Below are positions 28,548 through 38,844 of a stretch of DNA of 48,350 nucleotides, piece by piece. Each line of letters begins with the position of its first letter. Positions within the stretch are counted from its first letter, which is position 1. Both the position numbers and the translations under genes were made by a program. The notes under the pieces are model-generated. The model ran no database searches. It worked only from the letters and a program-made list of their open reading frames with translations, and was not told where the DNA came from. Source of the stretch: Bdellovibrionales bacterium (lineage in GTDB: Bacteria; Bdellovibrionota; Bdellovibrionia; Bdellovibrionales; JAMPXM01); assembly GCA_043784965.1 (NCBI GenBank), contig JAYVXS010000085.1:1-48350 (forward strand), in the 5' to 3' direction.

Positions 28548-29594
28548 GTGAATTCAGTCGAATTAAAAATTCGAGATTTTCTCAACGAAAACAAAGATGT
28601 CCGATCGGCTGCAAATGCACTAACGGCCACTTGGAAGAAGAATCTCTATTCTCCGAAAGAACAATTTGTGGTAGCACAATTTTTTTTGAATGCGGGCCTA
28701 GTCAGCTCATTTATTAAAGAAGTTCGCTATCTCATCGAACAGGAGCGCCACCTTCCTTGGGCGCAAATTTCTGAAGTTCTAAATGACTTGCAGACTATTC
28801 CAAATGCTGAGGAGCAAAAGGCCATAGTTCAAGGCGTGCGCAAGCAAGGCGCAATGGGTGAAATTTTACTATCCCCAAGGGCGGTCAATCTAGCCCCGCG
28901 AATCGCCAAAGAAAAAGAATTGGCCGAGACACAAAATCTTGAAAGACAGAATGAACAAAAATTAGCCTTAAGAGAAAAAATTGAGTTTTTAAGATCTCAG
29001 CGTATGATGGATGATGAGTCCAAAGCCCTCAAGCAGTATCATCTCACTTACCCGGATGATGTAGACGCGAGTTTAGATCAGAACGCTTTTGATGTGCGCT
29101 GGGCAAGGCATATTGTCGGCGAGAACATAGATCATCGCTCACTGCAAACAATTATAGAAGAAAAGGGCGCACCGCTTAGTAAGGATCAACTTGCGATACG
29201 CAAGCTTATGGTTTCAAAGGCAAAGGAAATGGTTAAAAATGCTCCAGAAAAAAACTATGATCTTGCCATGACACTTGCCTTTATGGATTTTTATGAAGAT
29301 GCGCTGGATATTCTGCGCCTCAGCCCTCGGTCCAATGAAGCGTCTTGGTTTGAGCTCGAACTACTTATTAATAGCAGGCGCTTCTTAGAGGCTCTTGAAC
29401 TCAGCCAACAACTTGAAGTTAAATTTGCGCAAGAACCAGAAAGCAGTTTTGCTGCCATATACGCCCGAGCGAGAGCGCTATGGGGACTCGGACAAAGATC
29501 TGAAGCTATTGAATTTATGAGAAGTATTGTAAAGGTGAGAGCGAATTATAAAAATGCCCACTCATTGTTAAGCCATTGGGTTGGGCAAACATAA
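28548..29594 (+). CDS. Hypothetical helical protein with C-terminal TPR-like repeats
   Basis: Long ORF with GGAG RBS and GTG start. YARARALWGLG...YKNA is a TPR-like end. Confidence 0.7.
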   Translation: MNSVELKIRDFLNENKDVRSAANALTATWKKNLYSPKEQFVVAQFFLNAGLVSSFIKEVRYLIEQERHLPWAQISEVLNDLQTIPNAEEQKAIVQGVRKQGAMGEILLSPRAVNLAPRIAKEKELAETQNLERQNEQKLALREKIEFLRSQRMMDDESKALKQYHLTYPDDVDASLDQNAFDVRWARHIVGENIDHRSLQTIIEEKGAPLSKDQLAIRKLMVSKAKEMVKNAPEKNYDLAMTLAFMDFYEDALDILRLSPRSNEASWFELELLINSRRFLEALELSQQLEVKFAQEPESSFAAIYARARALWGLGQRSEAIEFMRSIVKVRANYKNAHSLLSHWVGQT

Positions 29595-32500
29595 ATGAAA
29601 TCCTTTTCTCGTAAATTTTGGCTGTCAATCGCGCTTCTAGCCGCCACTGGCTTTCTGACGGGGTCACTCGTAGGAGCCGGAATTCCCAAGCTTAAGACCT
29701 ATGCTCTCGTTAAGATTGAGAAGCTTTCTCAAGAGCGACTATATATTCGCATCTTACCTAAGAATCTTAGCTTTCATTTGTTCCCCCTGGCTGTCTCTTT
29801 TCAAAATGTGCGCCTAGTTCCAAAAGAAGAATTGAAAACTCTGTTCGATCCCTTTGAAATTGGTGAGGTCAAAGTCGAATTTAGCGTCTTTCATCTAATA
29901 AAAGGAAGTTTAAGAATTAATCGCTTAGCTATTCGAGCAACCAAATTTGATTTGCACCTTCCTGACTCAAAAGCGAAGCTTTCACATCGACCACTCGATG
30001 GTCTATTTTCAATTTTAGAAAAACTTCCCTTACAGTATCTCGATATTGAAGATGCCGACATTAAAATCTGGGTTCCATTCCCAAGAACAGAAATCGCAAT
30101 CTCAAAATTGCTGCTCAATGCAGAAAAATATAATGAAGAACTTGTACTTAACCTTGCTTCGGAATCCATCTATCTCAAAGATCTTACGAGTAAAGCAGAC
30201 TTAAGAATTGGAACCGATTGCAAGGTATTTTTGTCACCCCAAAAGATTGTTGTTTCTCATTTCAATATTCAACGTGGCAATTCAAACTTTGTTTTCAGCG
30301 GCGTTGCTTTAGGCGATATTGAAGCCCTTGCTATCAAGGAATACGATTTGAAAGCGCAGGGAAACCTCAGCCTGGATTCGCTATCGACATGGGCATCAAA
30401 GGCCCTGGGTAATTCAAATCAAATCCCGAAAATAAATGGTACTGCGGACATAGCCGCAGAATTGAAACTGCGCCCCGGCCAGACAGAAGAGTATAAGTTT
30501 GATATAAAAACTCAAAACCTAAAGGTCTTAAAGTATTTTATCGGTGAAGTTCAAGCAAAAGGTGCCCTTTCAAAAAAAGAAGTTTCAATTCCTTCGCTTC
30601 AAGTAAAGAACGATAGCTTTATTGTAGAACTCGAGAATCTTAAGCTTCTTTTGAATGAAAAGATTCAACTAACAACCTTGGCGAAGGTTAAAAGCCTTTC
30701 GATTTTTGAATTATTTAAGAATCTTGGACTTAAAGAAATCCCGCTTTGGATAAATGCAAATGGCGAGCTTCCTTGCGAGGCTGAATTGAAGCCAAGTTTT
30801 TCTTTGAAGTGCACGGGCTCCTTAAATGGAAAAAACCTGCAGCTTAAATCCAATATGAAAACCGATCGTGTTATTGTTAAAATTGATAGCTTTTCGGCGA
30901 TTGGCAATCTTCAAGTTGATGCCACTGCAGTTAACTTTGAAGCCAATGTGTCCATGCCAAATTCAAAGGGTGCTACTCAGGGAGTTGTTACCTATGCTGA
31001 TGGCTTTCATATCAAATATCAGGCTGAAAAATTGGATTTTAAGGATGTCACCAATTTGGCAAATTTAAAAATTGAAGGTAACACTCAGCTCAGTGGCGAA
31101 ACATCTGGAGATAGCTCGATTGCAACCATGGCCTTGCAAATGAATGGAATTGACTTTTGGCTAAGCGATTTTTGGCTTGGTAGTGCCAAAACTAATTTAA
31201 GTTATGCAAAAGGCAAACTCAACTTCTCAGGCTTGAACGGTCGATATCCCAATTCAAATTACCAAGCTGATGTCTCACTTGACCTTTTAGCAAATCGAAT
31301 TTCTGTTCTCGGAAGATCGCAAAAGCTTGATGCGATAGACCTATTGCAAATCTTTAGCCGAAAAGTAAAACTGCCGTTCAATATGTCAGGCATTGGGAGC
31401 CTTCAGGCTAAAGTTTGGGGCCCGCTTCAATTCAATGCCCTTAGCTATGATATAAAATCGCAAATTTCGCGGGGGAACCTTTGGCGTGAACCCTTTGAAC
31501 AAATTATATTTGATTTGCACGCTCGTGATGGCGAAGTTGAGACCGACCGTGTACAAATGGTAAGAGGGGGACAAGTTATCAATCTCACTGGCGTAGGACA
31601 TCCAAACGGCGATATTGATGTAACTGCACATGCACAAAATATAAAGCTCGAAGAGTCACCAAATTTTGAAGATTTTAAACTCAATATTACCAGCCTTGCC
31701 GAATTTGACTTAAAACTTCAAGGTTATGTTTTGAAGCCCGATGCAGATCTTTTTGCAAAATTGACGAAAACTTCTGTAGCTGACCACCCTACCGGCGACT
31801 CTGACTTTCACGTGAAATTTCGCGAGAGCACAATTGAAACCCAAGGACATTTTTTAAGCGATACAATTCAGACCGACCTAATAATTCCGCTCAATGCAAA
31901 TGCGCCGTATGCATTGAAACTAAAAACCAGAGATTGGAACTTTGCACCGGTCTTCGCACCGCTCAAAGCTATGGGTGCAAAGAGAGACTTTGACTCAAAA
32001 CTCACCTCCGAAATTAGCCTGACTTCACCTGCTGGTGGATTCTGGAACTCAAGCGGAAAGATTGGAATTCAAAAATTTGAACTGAAACGCGGAGCACTTT
32101 CAATGGCAGCGCCATATGAGATAAAGATTAAAGTAAGCGATGGCCGGTTTCACATTGAAAACTTTGTCCTAGCTGGACAAAACACAAACTTAAAAGTAGC
32201 CGATGCTGCCCAATCAACTGATAAAATTGATTGGCAACTAAATGGAAAGCTCGATATGAGCTTAATATCTTTGCTCCTTCCATTCTTTGAAGAGCTTCGG
32301 GGTGAGCTTTCGTTTGCCTGTAATTTGAAAGCCAATCCTAGCCGACTAGATTTACTTGGGTCGGCATACATTGAACATGGCTTTTTGAAGCTCTTTGATT
32401 TCACTCATCCATTTGACGAAATTAGAGCCGACATACTTTTTAATAAAAAGAAAGTGTTAGTGAACTCAATAAAGGGAGATTTTGCTGGCGGCTTAATTTC

Positions 32501-33578
32501 TGGTGATGGCAATTTGGAGTTCAAGGCTTTTCATAATTTTCCCTTTCAGATTAATGCAAGCCTCGACAAAGTTAATCTAAAGGTCCCTGACGGGTTTTTA
32601 ACTAAAGGTAGCGGAAAAGTAAGTTTGAGCGGAACTTGGTTTCCGTTTCTATTAAAAGGAAATTATGACGTTAGCGACGGTCTAATCTCGAAGGAATTCG
32701 GCGGCAACGATGACAATGCAACTTCAAAAGTAAATCAGTACCTTCCTAAAAGTATCTCAGAAGAAAGTCAAAGTCCGCTTCTTCTTGATCTCGAAGTTAC
32801 TTTCAACAAAGGTCTCCCTATTCGAAATTCTCTGATGGAAGGAATCCTCAAAGGTAAAATGAACATCAAGGGTCCTCTTGAAAAAGCCTCTCTGCTGGGA
32901 GTTGTGACTGCCGTCCCAGAAAGTAAGGTCAAGTTTAACGATAGGCCTTTTGAAGTGATTACGGCTAACTTTACCTTTGATAATCCGAAAGAAATTAATC
33001 CAAAACTCTATTTGAGCGCAAGAACGCATATAGATCCTTCAACCCCCAACTCCAAAGATGTAGAGTACGATGTTAATTTGCTCGTACAGGGCACTGCCCA
33101 GAAACCAGTGGTGGTTTTGACAAGTCAACCAGTGCTCACACAGCCAGACATTATATCTCTTCTTGCGTTAGGCACCATATCAACTAATGCCAGCTCAAAT
33201 ACTTCACAGCAAAATGGCAATCCAGGATTTATGTTGCCCTCTTCAGTCCTTAAGCAAAGTCCGATCGGAAAAGAGTTAAAAGATCGCTTCAATGTTGATT
33301 TGCAATTTACTAGTGGCTTTGACGAAACCGACAAAGTTGGCGTACAGAAGATTTCTTTAAGCGGAAAACTGTCAGACAAATTAGGCTGGGTCTACAATCG
33401 ATCTTTGGGTGCAAAATCTAACAATGAGGTTTCACTCAAATACAATCTATCAAAACGCTTTCAAGTGGTCGGTAGCTTTGTCAATCGACAGGCAAATGAG
33501 TCGGAAGCGCAACAACAAAAAATTGATAATCCAAACATTTTGGGACTTGATCTCGAATATCGGTTTCAATTTAAATGA
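29595..33578 (+). CDS. Translocation/assembly module TamB (AsmA-like) protein
   Basis: N-terminal TM anchor, long beta-rich body, C-terminal LTSQPVLTQPDIISLLALG and LDLEYRFQFK, adjacent to an Omp85 gene. Confidence 0.85.
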   Translation: MKSFSRKFWLSIALLAATGFLTGSLVGAGIPKLKTYALVKIEKLSQERLYIRILPKNLSFHLFPLAVSFQNVRLVPKEELKTLFDPFEIGEVKVEFSVFHLIKGSLRINRLAIRATKFDLHLPDSKAKLSHRPLDGLFSILEKLPLQYLDIEDADIKIWVPFPRTEIAISKLLLNAEKYNEELVLNLASESIYLKDLTSKADLRIGTDCKVFLSPQKIVVSHFNIQRGNSNFVFSGVALGDIEALAIKEYDLKAQGNLSLDSLSTWASKALGNSNQIPKINGTADIAAELKLRPGQTEEYKFDIKTQNLKVLKYFIGEVQAKGALSKKEVSIPSLQVKNDSFIVELENLKLLLNEKIQLTTLAKVKSLSIFELFKNLGLKEIPLWINANGELPCEAELKPSFSLKCTGSLNGKNLQLKSNMKTDRVIVKIDSFSAIGNLQVDATAVNFEANVSMPNSKGATQGVVTYADGFHIKYQAEKLDFKDVTNLANLKIEGNTQLSGETSGDSSIATMALQMNGIDFWLSDFWLGSAKTNLSYAKGKLNFSGLNGRYPNSNYQADVSLDLLANRISVLGRSQKLDAIDLLQIFSRKVKLPFNMSGIGSLQAKVWGPLQFNALSYDIKSQISRGNLWREPFEQIIFDLHARDGEVETDRVQMVRGGQVINLTGVGHPNGDIDVTAHAQNIKLEESPNFEDFKLNITSLAEFDLKLQGYVLKPDADLFAKLTKTSVADHPTGDSDFHVKFRESTIETQGHFLSDTIQTDLIIPLNANAPYALKLKTRDWNFAPVFAPLKAMGAKRDFDSKLTSEISLTSPAGGFWNSSGKIGIQKFELKRGALSMAAPYEIKIKVSDGRFHIENFVLAGQNTNLKVADAAQSTDKIDWQLNGKLDMSLISLLLPFFEELRGELSFACNLKANPSRLDLLGSAYIEHGFLKLFDFTHPFDEIRADILFNKKKVLVNSIKGDFAGGLISGDGNLEFKAFHNFPFQINASLDKVNLKVPDGFLTKGSGKVSLSGTWFPFLLKGNYDVSDGLISKEFGGNDDNATSKVNQYLPKSISEESQSPLLLDLEVTFNKGLPIRNSLMEGILKGKMNIKGPLEKASLLGVVTAVPESKVKFNDRPFEVITANFTFDNPKEINPKLYLSARTHIDPSTPNSKDVEYDVNLLVQGTAQKPVVVLTSQPVLTQPDIISLLALGTISTNASSNTSQQNGNPGFMLPSSVLKQSPIGKELKDRFNVDLQFTSGFDETDKVGVQKISLSGKLSDKLGWVYNRSLGAKSNNEVSLKYNLSKRFQVVGSFVNRQANESEAQQQKIDNPNILGLDLEYRFQFK

Positions 33579-36541
33579 GGACTTTCTACTGTTTTATTTT
33601 TACTATCCTAATCTTTGCAGGCAATTGTTTTGCCGAACCTCACATTCTCAAATTTGAAGGCGTGCCCTCGCTAATGTCTGCCAAAATAAAGCAAAAATTC
33701 TCATTTGTATTTGAGCGCGATGTTAGTGCCGCAGAAGCTGATCAGGTAATACGCTTTTTAATGGGAACGGGTCAATTCTCAAACATTGAAGTTCATGAGC
33801 GTTTTCCTGACAATAGGCCTGCAGAGTATGTCGTCATAGCGAGCATCCTGAGGGCCATCAAGGATATTACAATAACCGGCAACAATCAATTTAGTAAATC
33901 TCACATCATTGAAAAACTTGGTATATCTATAAATCAAATATTTTCACGAAAAGAAATTTTAGCAAACGCCGACGAACTTCAAAATGAGTATGCAGAGCAA
34001 GGCTATCTGAATCCGCAAATCGATATTGATTTTGAAACGCCGAAAGAGTCTGAAATTATAGTACATATTAAGATAATTGAGGGCGAGCCAAGCACGATTG
34101 TCAGCATTGGTTTTGAGTGTGGCAATCCTGATATTACTCTAAAAGCTAAGAGACTTTCAAAATACTTAATAGGAGACAGACTCTCGAACTCAAGTCTAAA
34201 AGATTTTGAAAATTCGATGAAAGAATTTTTTTCTAATGATCGTTTTTTAAGAGCCAAAATATCAGCACCAAACTTAGCCTTTAACAAGGAGCGAAATAGG
34301 GTAAAAATTAACTACATCATCGACAACCCAACACATTATGAGTTTGTATTCGAGGGGAATATGTACTTTTCTGATGGTCACCTGCTTGAAGCCATTGAGC
34401 TTGAAAAAGTAGTTGGTGCAACGACAAGCTTTGCCCCTGACCTTGCCGAACGTATTCGCAAAGCCTACCTGAATATTGGATTCGCAAATGTTCAAGTGGA
34501 TTTTAAAGAAAAGTCTTTTCCAAAGTTATTTAAAGAACAGATCCGTTTTAAAATCAATGAGGGTTTACGTGTTCGAATTCGTGAGCTCCAGGTCGATGGA
34601 CAAATTACAAGTCCATCGAAATACTACTCAGATATCATTCGCAATAGTAGTTCTGAAATCGTGAATCTTGGTTTTTACAACCGTAAGGATTTTGAAGCCG
34701 GCCTGAAAAATCTAACGAATGAACTAAGAAATCAAGGCTTTTTGCAAAGCAAAGTTATTTCAGTTCGAACTTCTTTTTCTAAATCAAAAGAGTTTAGTGA
34801 CACTAATATCACAATCGACGAGGGTGTGCAGACAATAATTAAGGAAATCAACTTTAAGGGAAACTCAGACATCTCGAGCGCAGAATTACTTGGCAAAATG
34901 AGCATTTATGCCGGCAGTCCCCTTTTACAAAACGAATTAGAAAGCAGCATCCAGGCGATCAAAGATTATTACCATTCAATTGGATATCTTGAAATGCAGA
35001 TTCTGAATGAAGATTCAAAGTTAGTTAGTTTTAACGATACCAATACCGAAGCTAAAATTAATTTTTTATTACAAGAAGGTCCGAAAGTCATTGTTGCCGC
35101 AATTGAAATCCAAGGATTAAGTTCTACAAAAAGATACGTAGTTGAACGCGAATTGGGCTTTAAAATTGGTGATATTCTCACTCAAGAAAAACTGAAGGAC
35201 ACCACTTATCATTTGCAAAAATTGCAGCTTTTTTCTTCAGTTGATATTCGCACCGATGGTGATGGGACCAATATCCCAAGGCGCACAGTTATCATCACTC
35301 TGAACGAAGACGATGCTGGCTTATTTAATCCAGGCCTTGGATTTAACAACGAGCATGAATTGACCTTCCGAGGCTTTTTAGGCTTTGTTTATAAAAATTT
35401 GGGTGGTACCGGACGCGCCATTAGCGCTCGGGGCGATCTATGGTATTCTATGGATAAATCGATTCAATATCTTGAGAATCGTGAAACTCTTGGCTATTAC
35501 GAACCACATATTTTAAATTCTCTGAACAACGGGCGCTTCAATCTTACCCGTGAAGATCGATTCATTTCCACCGTTTTAGGTACCGGATCAGAACCCGGGG
35601 CCGGAGCTGCCATTATACAAAATAAGACGCAGGCTGATTTTATCATCGAACGTGAGATCTCAAGGCATTTTAAAATTACTTTTTACGCTTGGGAGTTTTC
35701 AAAAATTAAGGATTTTTATCGCTTCGAGGCCCCTAAAGATGTTGATTCAGTGACCCTTTTTGTTGACGTGGCTAAGGCCGGACCGACATTTGAAATTGAT
35801 TATCGGGATGATATTTTTAATCCCACTCGCGGCACCTATTTTAAAACCCAATTTTTTTACTCTGATCCATTTCTGGGCTCATCTGGCGACACTCACAGTT
35901 ATGTGCACTTCTTCAAAACTGATAATTCTGCCACCAACTATCAGCGGCTGAATAAGACCGCCAGCTTAGTCTGGGTAAATCAACTTCGCGGCGGCTATGC
36001 CGGAAACCTAAGCCAGAACTCAGAATCCTATAATATCCCGCCTCAAGCAGGCTATACCAATGTGCCGGTGCCAGTTTCTGGATTTCCGTCTACCGAGGCT
36101 TTTGCTCTTGGTGGGCCCACTACCATTCGGGGTTTTGGACCGAACGAGCAATTTCCAAACGTATATGATTTGGCGCCACTCGGTAACGGAGACATTACCA
36201 GGTTCAAGTATACCACTGAGACCTACTATTACTTGCTAAAGAGCGAATTGCGCTTTCCGCTTTTTAAAGCGAAAGGTTTTTCAATTGGTGGGGCAATTTT
36301 TTATGATGCCGGAGGCGTCGTTGTAAATCAGGCCTCTTCGGACTCGCCCGATAGCTATAGGCATTCGGTGGGCTTTGGAATTCGCATCAATACGCCAGTA
36401 GGCCCGGTTAATATTGACGCTGGTTTCAAACTTAATCCTAGAGCCAGATATGCGGGACAGCATAATAGTGTCAAATATCCAAATAATACAAGCACCCCAG
36501 AGTCTCCCTACGCCATTCATTTAACTGTCGGAAACTTTTAA
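33575..36541 (+). CDS. Omp85 family (BamA/TamA) outer-membrane protein with a long POTRA array
   Basis: Repeated I.I.GN...GY...I.EG POTRA units, NLGGTGR, DYRDDIFNPTRG, GGPTTIRGF, TPVGPV, terminal F. Confidence 0.9.
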   Translation: MRTFYCFIFTILIFAGNCFAEPHILKFEGVPSLMSAKIKQKFSFVFERDVSAAEADQVIRFLMGTGQFSNIEVHERFPDNRPAEYVVIASILRAIKDITITGNNQFSKSHIIEKLGISINQIFSRKEILANADELQNEYAEQGYLNPQIDIDFETPKESEIIVHIKIIEGEPSTIVSIGFECGNPDITLKAKRLSKYLIGDRLSNSSLKDFENSMKEFFSNDRFLRAKISAPNLAFNKERNRVKINYIIDNPTHYEFVFEGNMYFSDGHLLEAIELEKVVGATTSFAPDLAERIRKAYLNIGFANVQVDFKEKSFPKLFKEQIRFKINEGLRVRIRELQVDGQITSPSKYYSDIIRNSSSEIVNLGFYNRKDFEAGLKNLTNELRNQGFLQSKVISVRTSFSKSKEFSDTNITIDEGVQTIIKEINFKGNSDISSAELLGKMSIYAGSPLLQNELESSIQAIKDYYHSIGYLEMQILNEDSKLVSFNDTNTEAKINFLLQEGPKVIVAAIEIQGLSSTKRYVVERELGFKIGDILTQEKLKDTTYHLQKLQLFSSVDIRTDGDGTNIPRRTVIITLNEDDAGLFNPGLGFNNEHELTFRGFLGFVYKNLGGTGRAISARGDLWYSMDKSIQYLENRETLGYYEPHILNSLNNGRFNLTREDRFISTVLGTGSEPGAGAAIIQNKTQADFIIEREISRHFKITFYAWEFSKIKDFYRFEAPKDVDSVTLFVDVAKAGPTFEIDYRDDIFNPTRGTYFKTQFFYSDPFLGSSGDTHSYVHFFKTDNSATNYQRLNKTASLVWVNQLRGGYAGNLSQNSESYNIPPQAGYTNVPVPVSGFPSTEAFALGGPTTIRGFGPNEQFPNVYDLAPLGNGDITRFKYTTETYYYLLKSELRFPLFKAKGFSIGGAIFYDAGGVVVNQASSDSPDSYRHSVGFGIRINTPVGPVNIDAGFKLNPRARYAGQHNSVKYPNNTSTPESPYAIHLTVGNF

Positions 36542-36598
36542 CTGAAATTGCACACTAGCCAAGGATATTATTGTGATCGTTTGCCCACTTGAGGGTTA

Positions 36599-36693
36599 AC
36601 CCGGATTTTTCAAAAGTCTCGAAAACGCCAGGAGCGAAGCGCCCAGACTAGCGAAGCGGCGATTGCAACAGAAATCTGATGAAATATCCGGGT
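36599..36693 (+). mobile_element. Repeat family A, internally deleted 95-bp copy
   Basis: TA|ACCCGGATTTTTCA joined to the right half ...GAAATATCCGGGT|TA. Confidence 0.88.
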
Positions 36694-36986
36694 TAGATCT
36701 GCTCGAAGGAAATTTCAACTGCAAGTTTATGGCCCTTAGTTGAATTGCACGCCTTACAGCTTGGCACAATATTTTTTTTATTTGATTTTCCGCCTCGAGA
36801 AAGTGGAATTAAGTGCTCCATGGTGAGCTCTGCTTTGAGAAACTTAGTTCCGCAATGATGACAAAGGCCGGGACCGATCTGCTGCTTCCACCATTGACTG
36901 GCTTTGAGCTCTTGCGATCTAAGGCGCTCTTTTCTAATCTGTTCGGGACTGACAAATCCTTCTAAAATCATCCCTATCCCTAACAT
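36693..36986 (-). CDS. Small HNH endonuclease family protein
   Basis: CHHC, TMEHLIPLSRGG, NIVPSCKACN. Confidence 0.88.
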   Translation of the reverse strand: MLGIGMILEGFVSPEQIRKERLRSQELKASQWWKQQIGPGLCHHCGTKFLKAELTMEHLIPLSRGGKSNKKNIVPSCKACNSTKGHKLAVEISFEQI

Positions 36987-37060
36987 AATTTTGTAAAAGC
37001 CTCAACTAGCTCGTGCTTGGGCCCTTGCAAATGGGCCAAGCTCTATGTTATTTACAATAT

Positions 37061-37294
37061 ATGACGCCAAATGAAATACAAAAGCGCCTGGAAGAGGCAT
37101 ATCCAAGTGCAAAAATTAACGTAGTGGATTTAACTGGTACTGCCGACCATTACTATGTGGAAATTGAAAGTAATGCCTTCACAGGGATGAGTCGCATTCA
37201 AACTCATCAGCATGTTATGGGCGTTTTTGGTCCAGAACTTAAAACCGGTGAAGTGCACGCACTTACCATCAAAGCGACCCTCGCTTTAAAATAG
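37061..37294 (+). CDS. BolA/IbaG family protein
   Basis: DHY, SNAFTG.SRIQTHQ, VHAL. Start set to ATG 37061. Confidence 0.9.
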   Translation: MTPNEIQKRLEEAYPSAKINVVDLTGTADHYYVEIESNAFTGMSRIQTHQHVMGVFGPELKTGEVHALTIKATLALK

Positions 37295-37303
37295 GAGTTT
37301 AAA

Positions 37304-37606
37304 ATGCAGGTAAAAGAAAAAATTGACGAAATTCTCACGCAAAATAAGGTAGTTTTATTCATGAAGGGCGACGTTCAGATGCCTCAGTGCGGGTTCTCAG
37401 CAAGAGCTGTTGCGATTTTGAACGAACTCGGAACTAAATTTCAAACTGTTGATGTATTAATCGATCAAGAAATTCGCCAAGGTATTAAAGAGTATGGTAA
37501 TTGGCCGACGATCCCACAGCTTTATATCAATAAACAACTCATCGGCGGCAGTGATATCATGATTGAGATGTTTGAATCAGGCGAACTCAAAGACGCTCTT
37601 AAGTAG
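37304..37606 (+). CDS. grxD: Monothiol glutaredoxin (Grx4)
   Basis: LFMKG, PQCGFS, WPTIPQLY, IGGSDI. Confidence 0.96.
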   Translation: MQVKEKIDEILTQNKVVLFMKGDVQMPQCGFSARAVAILNELGTKFQTVDVLIDQEIRQGIKEYGNWPTIPQLYINKQLIGGSDIMIEMFESGELKDALK

Positions 37607-37691
37607 CAAGATCAGTCCAATTAAATTATCGACAAGATATTGTTGGTGCCGTCCGAAAGTGGCCTCGGACGAGGCCCCAGAAAAAGTTAGT

Positions 37692-38198
37692 CTATTTTTT
37701 TTCGGGACTCTTGATCAACTCCCATTTTTTTAGTTGCCATTTTGTTTTGGCGAGCGCCACAAGCTCGCCTTTTTCATTTTTGATTTCTGTTTTAAGATCT
37801 AACCAAAGCTCGCCATCTTTTTCTTCGGGCCATTCTGATGGGGCCGTAGCTTCGCCTATGAGTGTACCTCTGCCCTGCTTGTGATAATCCACTTCGAGTT
37901 TTGCAATGATCATGCGGTAGTCTTGCATTGAATACTTTTGGCTAATAAGTACTCCTGCTGGATACTCGCCTAAAAGCGCGAGTGCACAAGCATGTGCGCC
38001 ACCAACATGATTTCTGCGAAGAATTCTTGGTGGAGAGCTGACTCGTACCTGCACCTGACTCATTGAAATAATTTTCATCCCAAGCCAACGATTAAATGGA
38101 ATTGCCAGATTGATTGCGACATCCATCATGCGATTTCTAATTTGTGGGATTGATATCCGATCCACGTACTTTGTAAGTCCAATGAGTTTGAAGTCCAT
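37692..38198 (-). CDS. Hotdog-fold PaaI/DUF4442-like thioesterase
   Basis: IPFN, RNHVGGAHACAL..LGE, VDYHKQGR. Start set to ATG 38198. Confidence 0.75.
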   Translation of the reverse strand: MDFKLIGLTKYVDRISIPQIRNRMMDVAINLAIPFNRWLGMKIISMSQVQVRVSSPPRILRRNHVGGAHACALALLGEYPAGVLISQKYSMQDYRMIIAKLEVDYHKQGRGTLIGEATAPSEWPEEKDGELWLDLKTEIKNEKGELVALAKTKWQLKKWELIKSPEKK

Positions 38199-38250
38199 TT
38201 GCACCACTTTCACTTGAATTTTTAAAAAGGTCTCTGCTATCATCTCAAGA

Positions 38251-38439
38251 ATGTCAGCAAATCTGAACCTCTTTGATCGATGGATTCGACTTTTTATTGG
38301 TTGTCTTATGCTTGCCTGGGCAATTGCTGGTGGACCTTGGTGGGCATTTGCCGGCTTTTATCTTATTGCTAGTGGGGCCGCCCGTGTTTGCATTTTCTAC
38401 GCTTTATTTGATAGCGGGAAAAGACCTTCATCTAAATAG
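38251..38439 (+). CDS. DUF2892/YgaP-like small membrane protein
   Basis: N....DR.IR..IG, two TM helices, C..Y..F. Confidence 0.8.
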   Translation: MSANLNLFDRWIRLFIGCLMLAWAIAGGPWWAFAGFYLIASGAARVCIFYALFDSGKRPSSK

Positions 38440-38609
38440 ACCCAAAATAAAACTAGTCCTTTCTAAAACCTAGACCAAGTTCTTTCTTTTTTTTAGTTGG
38501 TAAAAGGTTAAAAACCGGAGCTCAGGGACGGTGAGACAGTTAAACTGATTTCAGGGGCAGGCGCAGGGGCAGGCTCAACAATCAGCATGCCGGCCAATTT
38601 ATTCAAGCT

Positions 38610-38658
38610 ACCCATAACCGGGACCGAAACTGATGAAATATCCGGGCTAGACCAACAA
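38610..38658 (+). repeat. Chimeric B::A repeat remnant
   Basis: B part ACCCATAACCGGGACCGAAAC joined through a shared CGAAAC to the reversed A left end TGATGAAATATCCGGGC, then TA-GACCAACAA as at 13985. Confidence 0.85.
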
Positions 38659-38844
38659 AAAAACACAATGCACCCTATATTTGACGATTCCTTGAACTTC
38701 TCTGCAATTTTGCCTCATTATAAGCCATTAGCATCTGCAACATTAAGCTCTATTGAAACCCAAGAAACCGAACTCTTTCGAGCGAAAATTAATATCCTAT
38801 TTCACCGGAGAATTCCGATAAGTACTTAGAATTAGAGGAATACA

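Noticed and set aside
36693-36986. HNH nuclease next to an A copy as the element's mobiliser
   Set aside because: It lies outside the terminal repeats, is a small stand-alone HNH beside bolA-grxD, and is adjacent to only one of six copies.
37651-37676. Alternative hairpins GTCCGA/TCGGAC and GGCCTC/GAGGCC
   Set aside because: They are short and lie between convergent genes, so they are most likely ordinary 3'-end structure.
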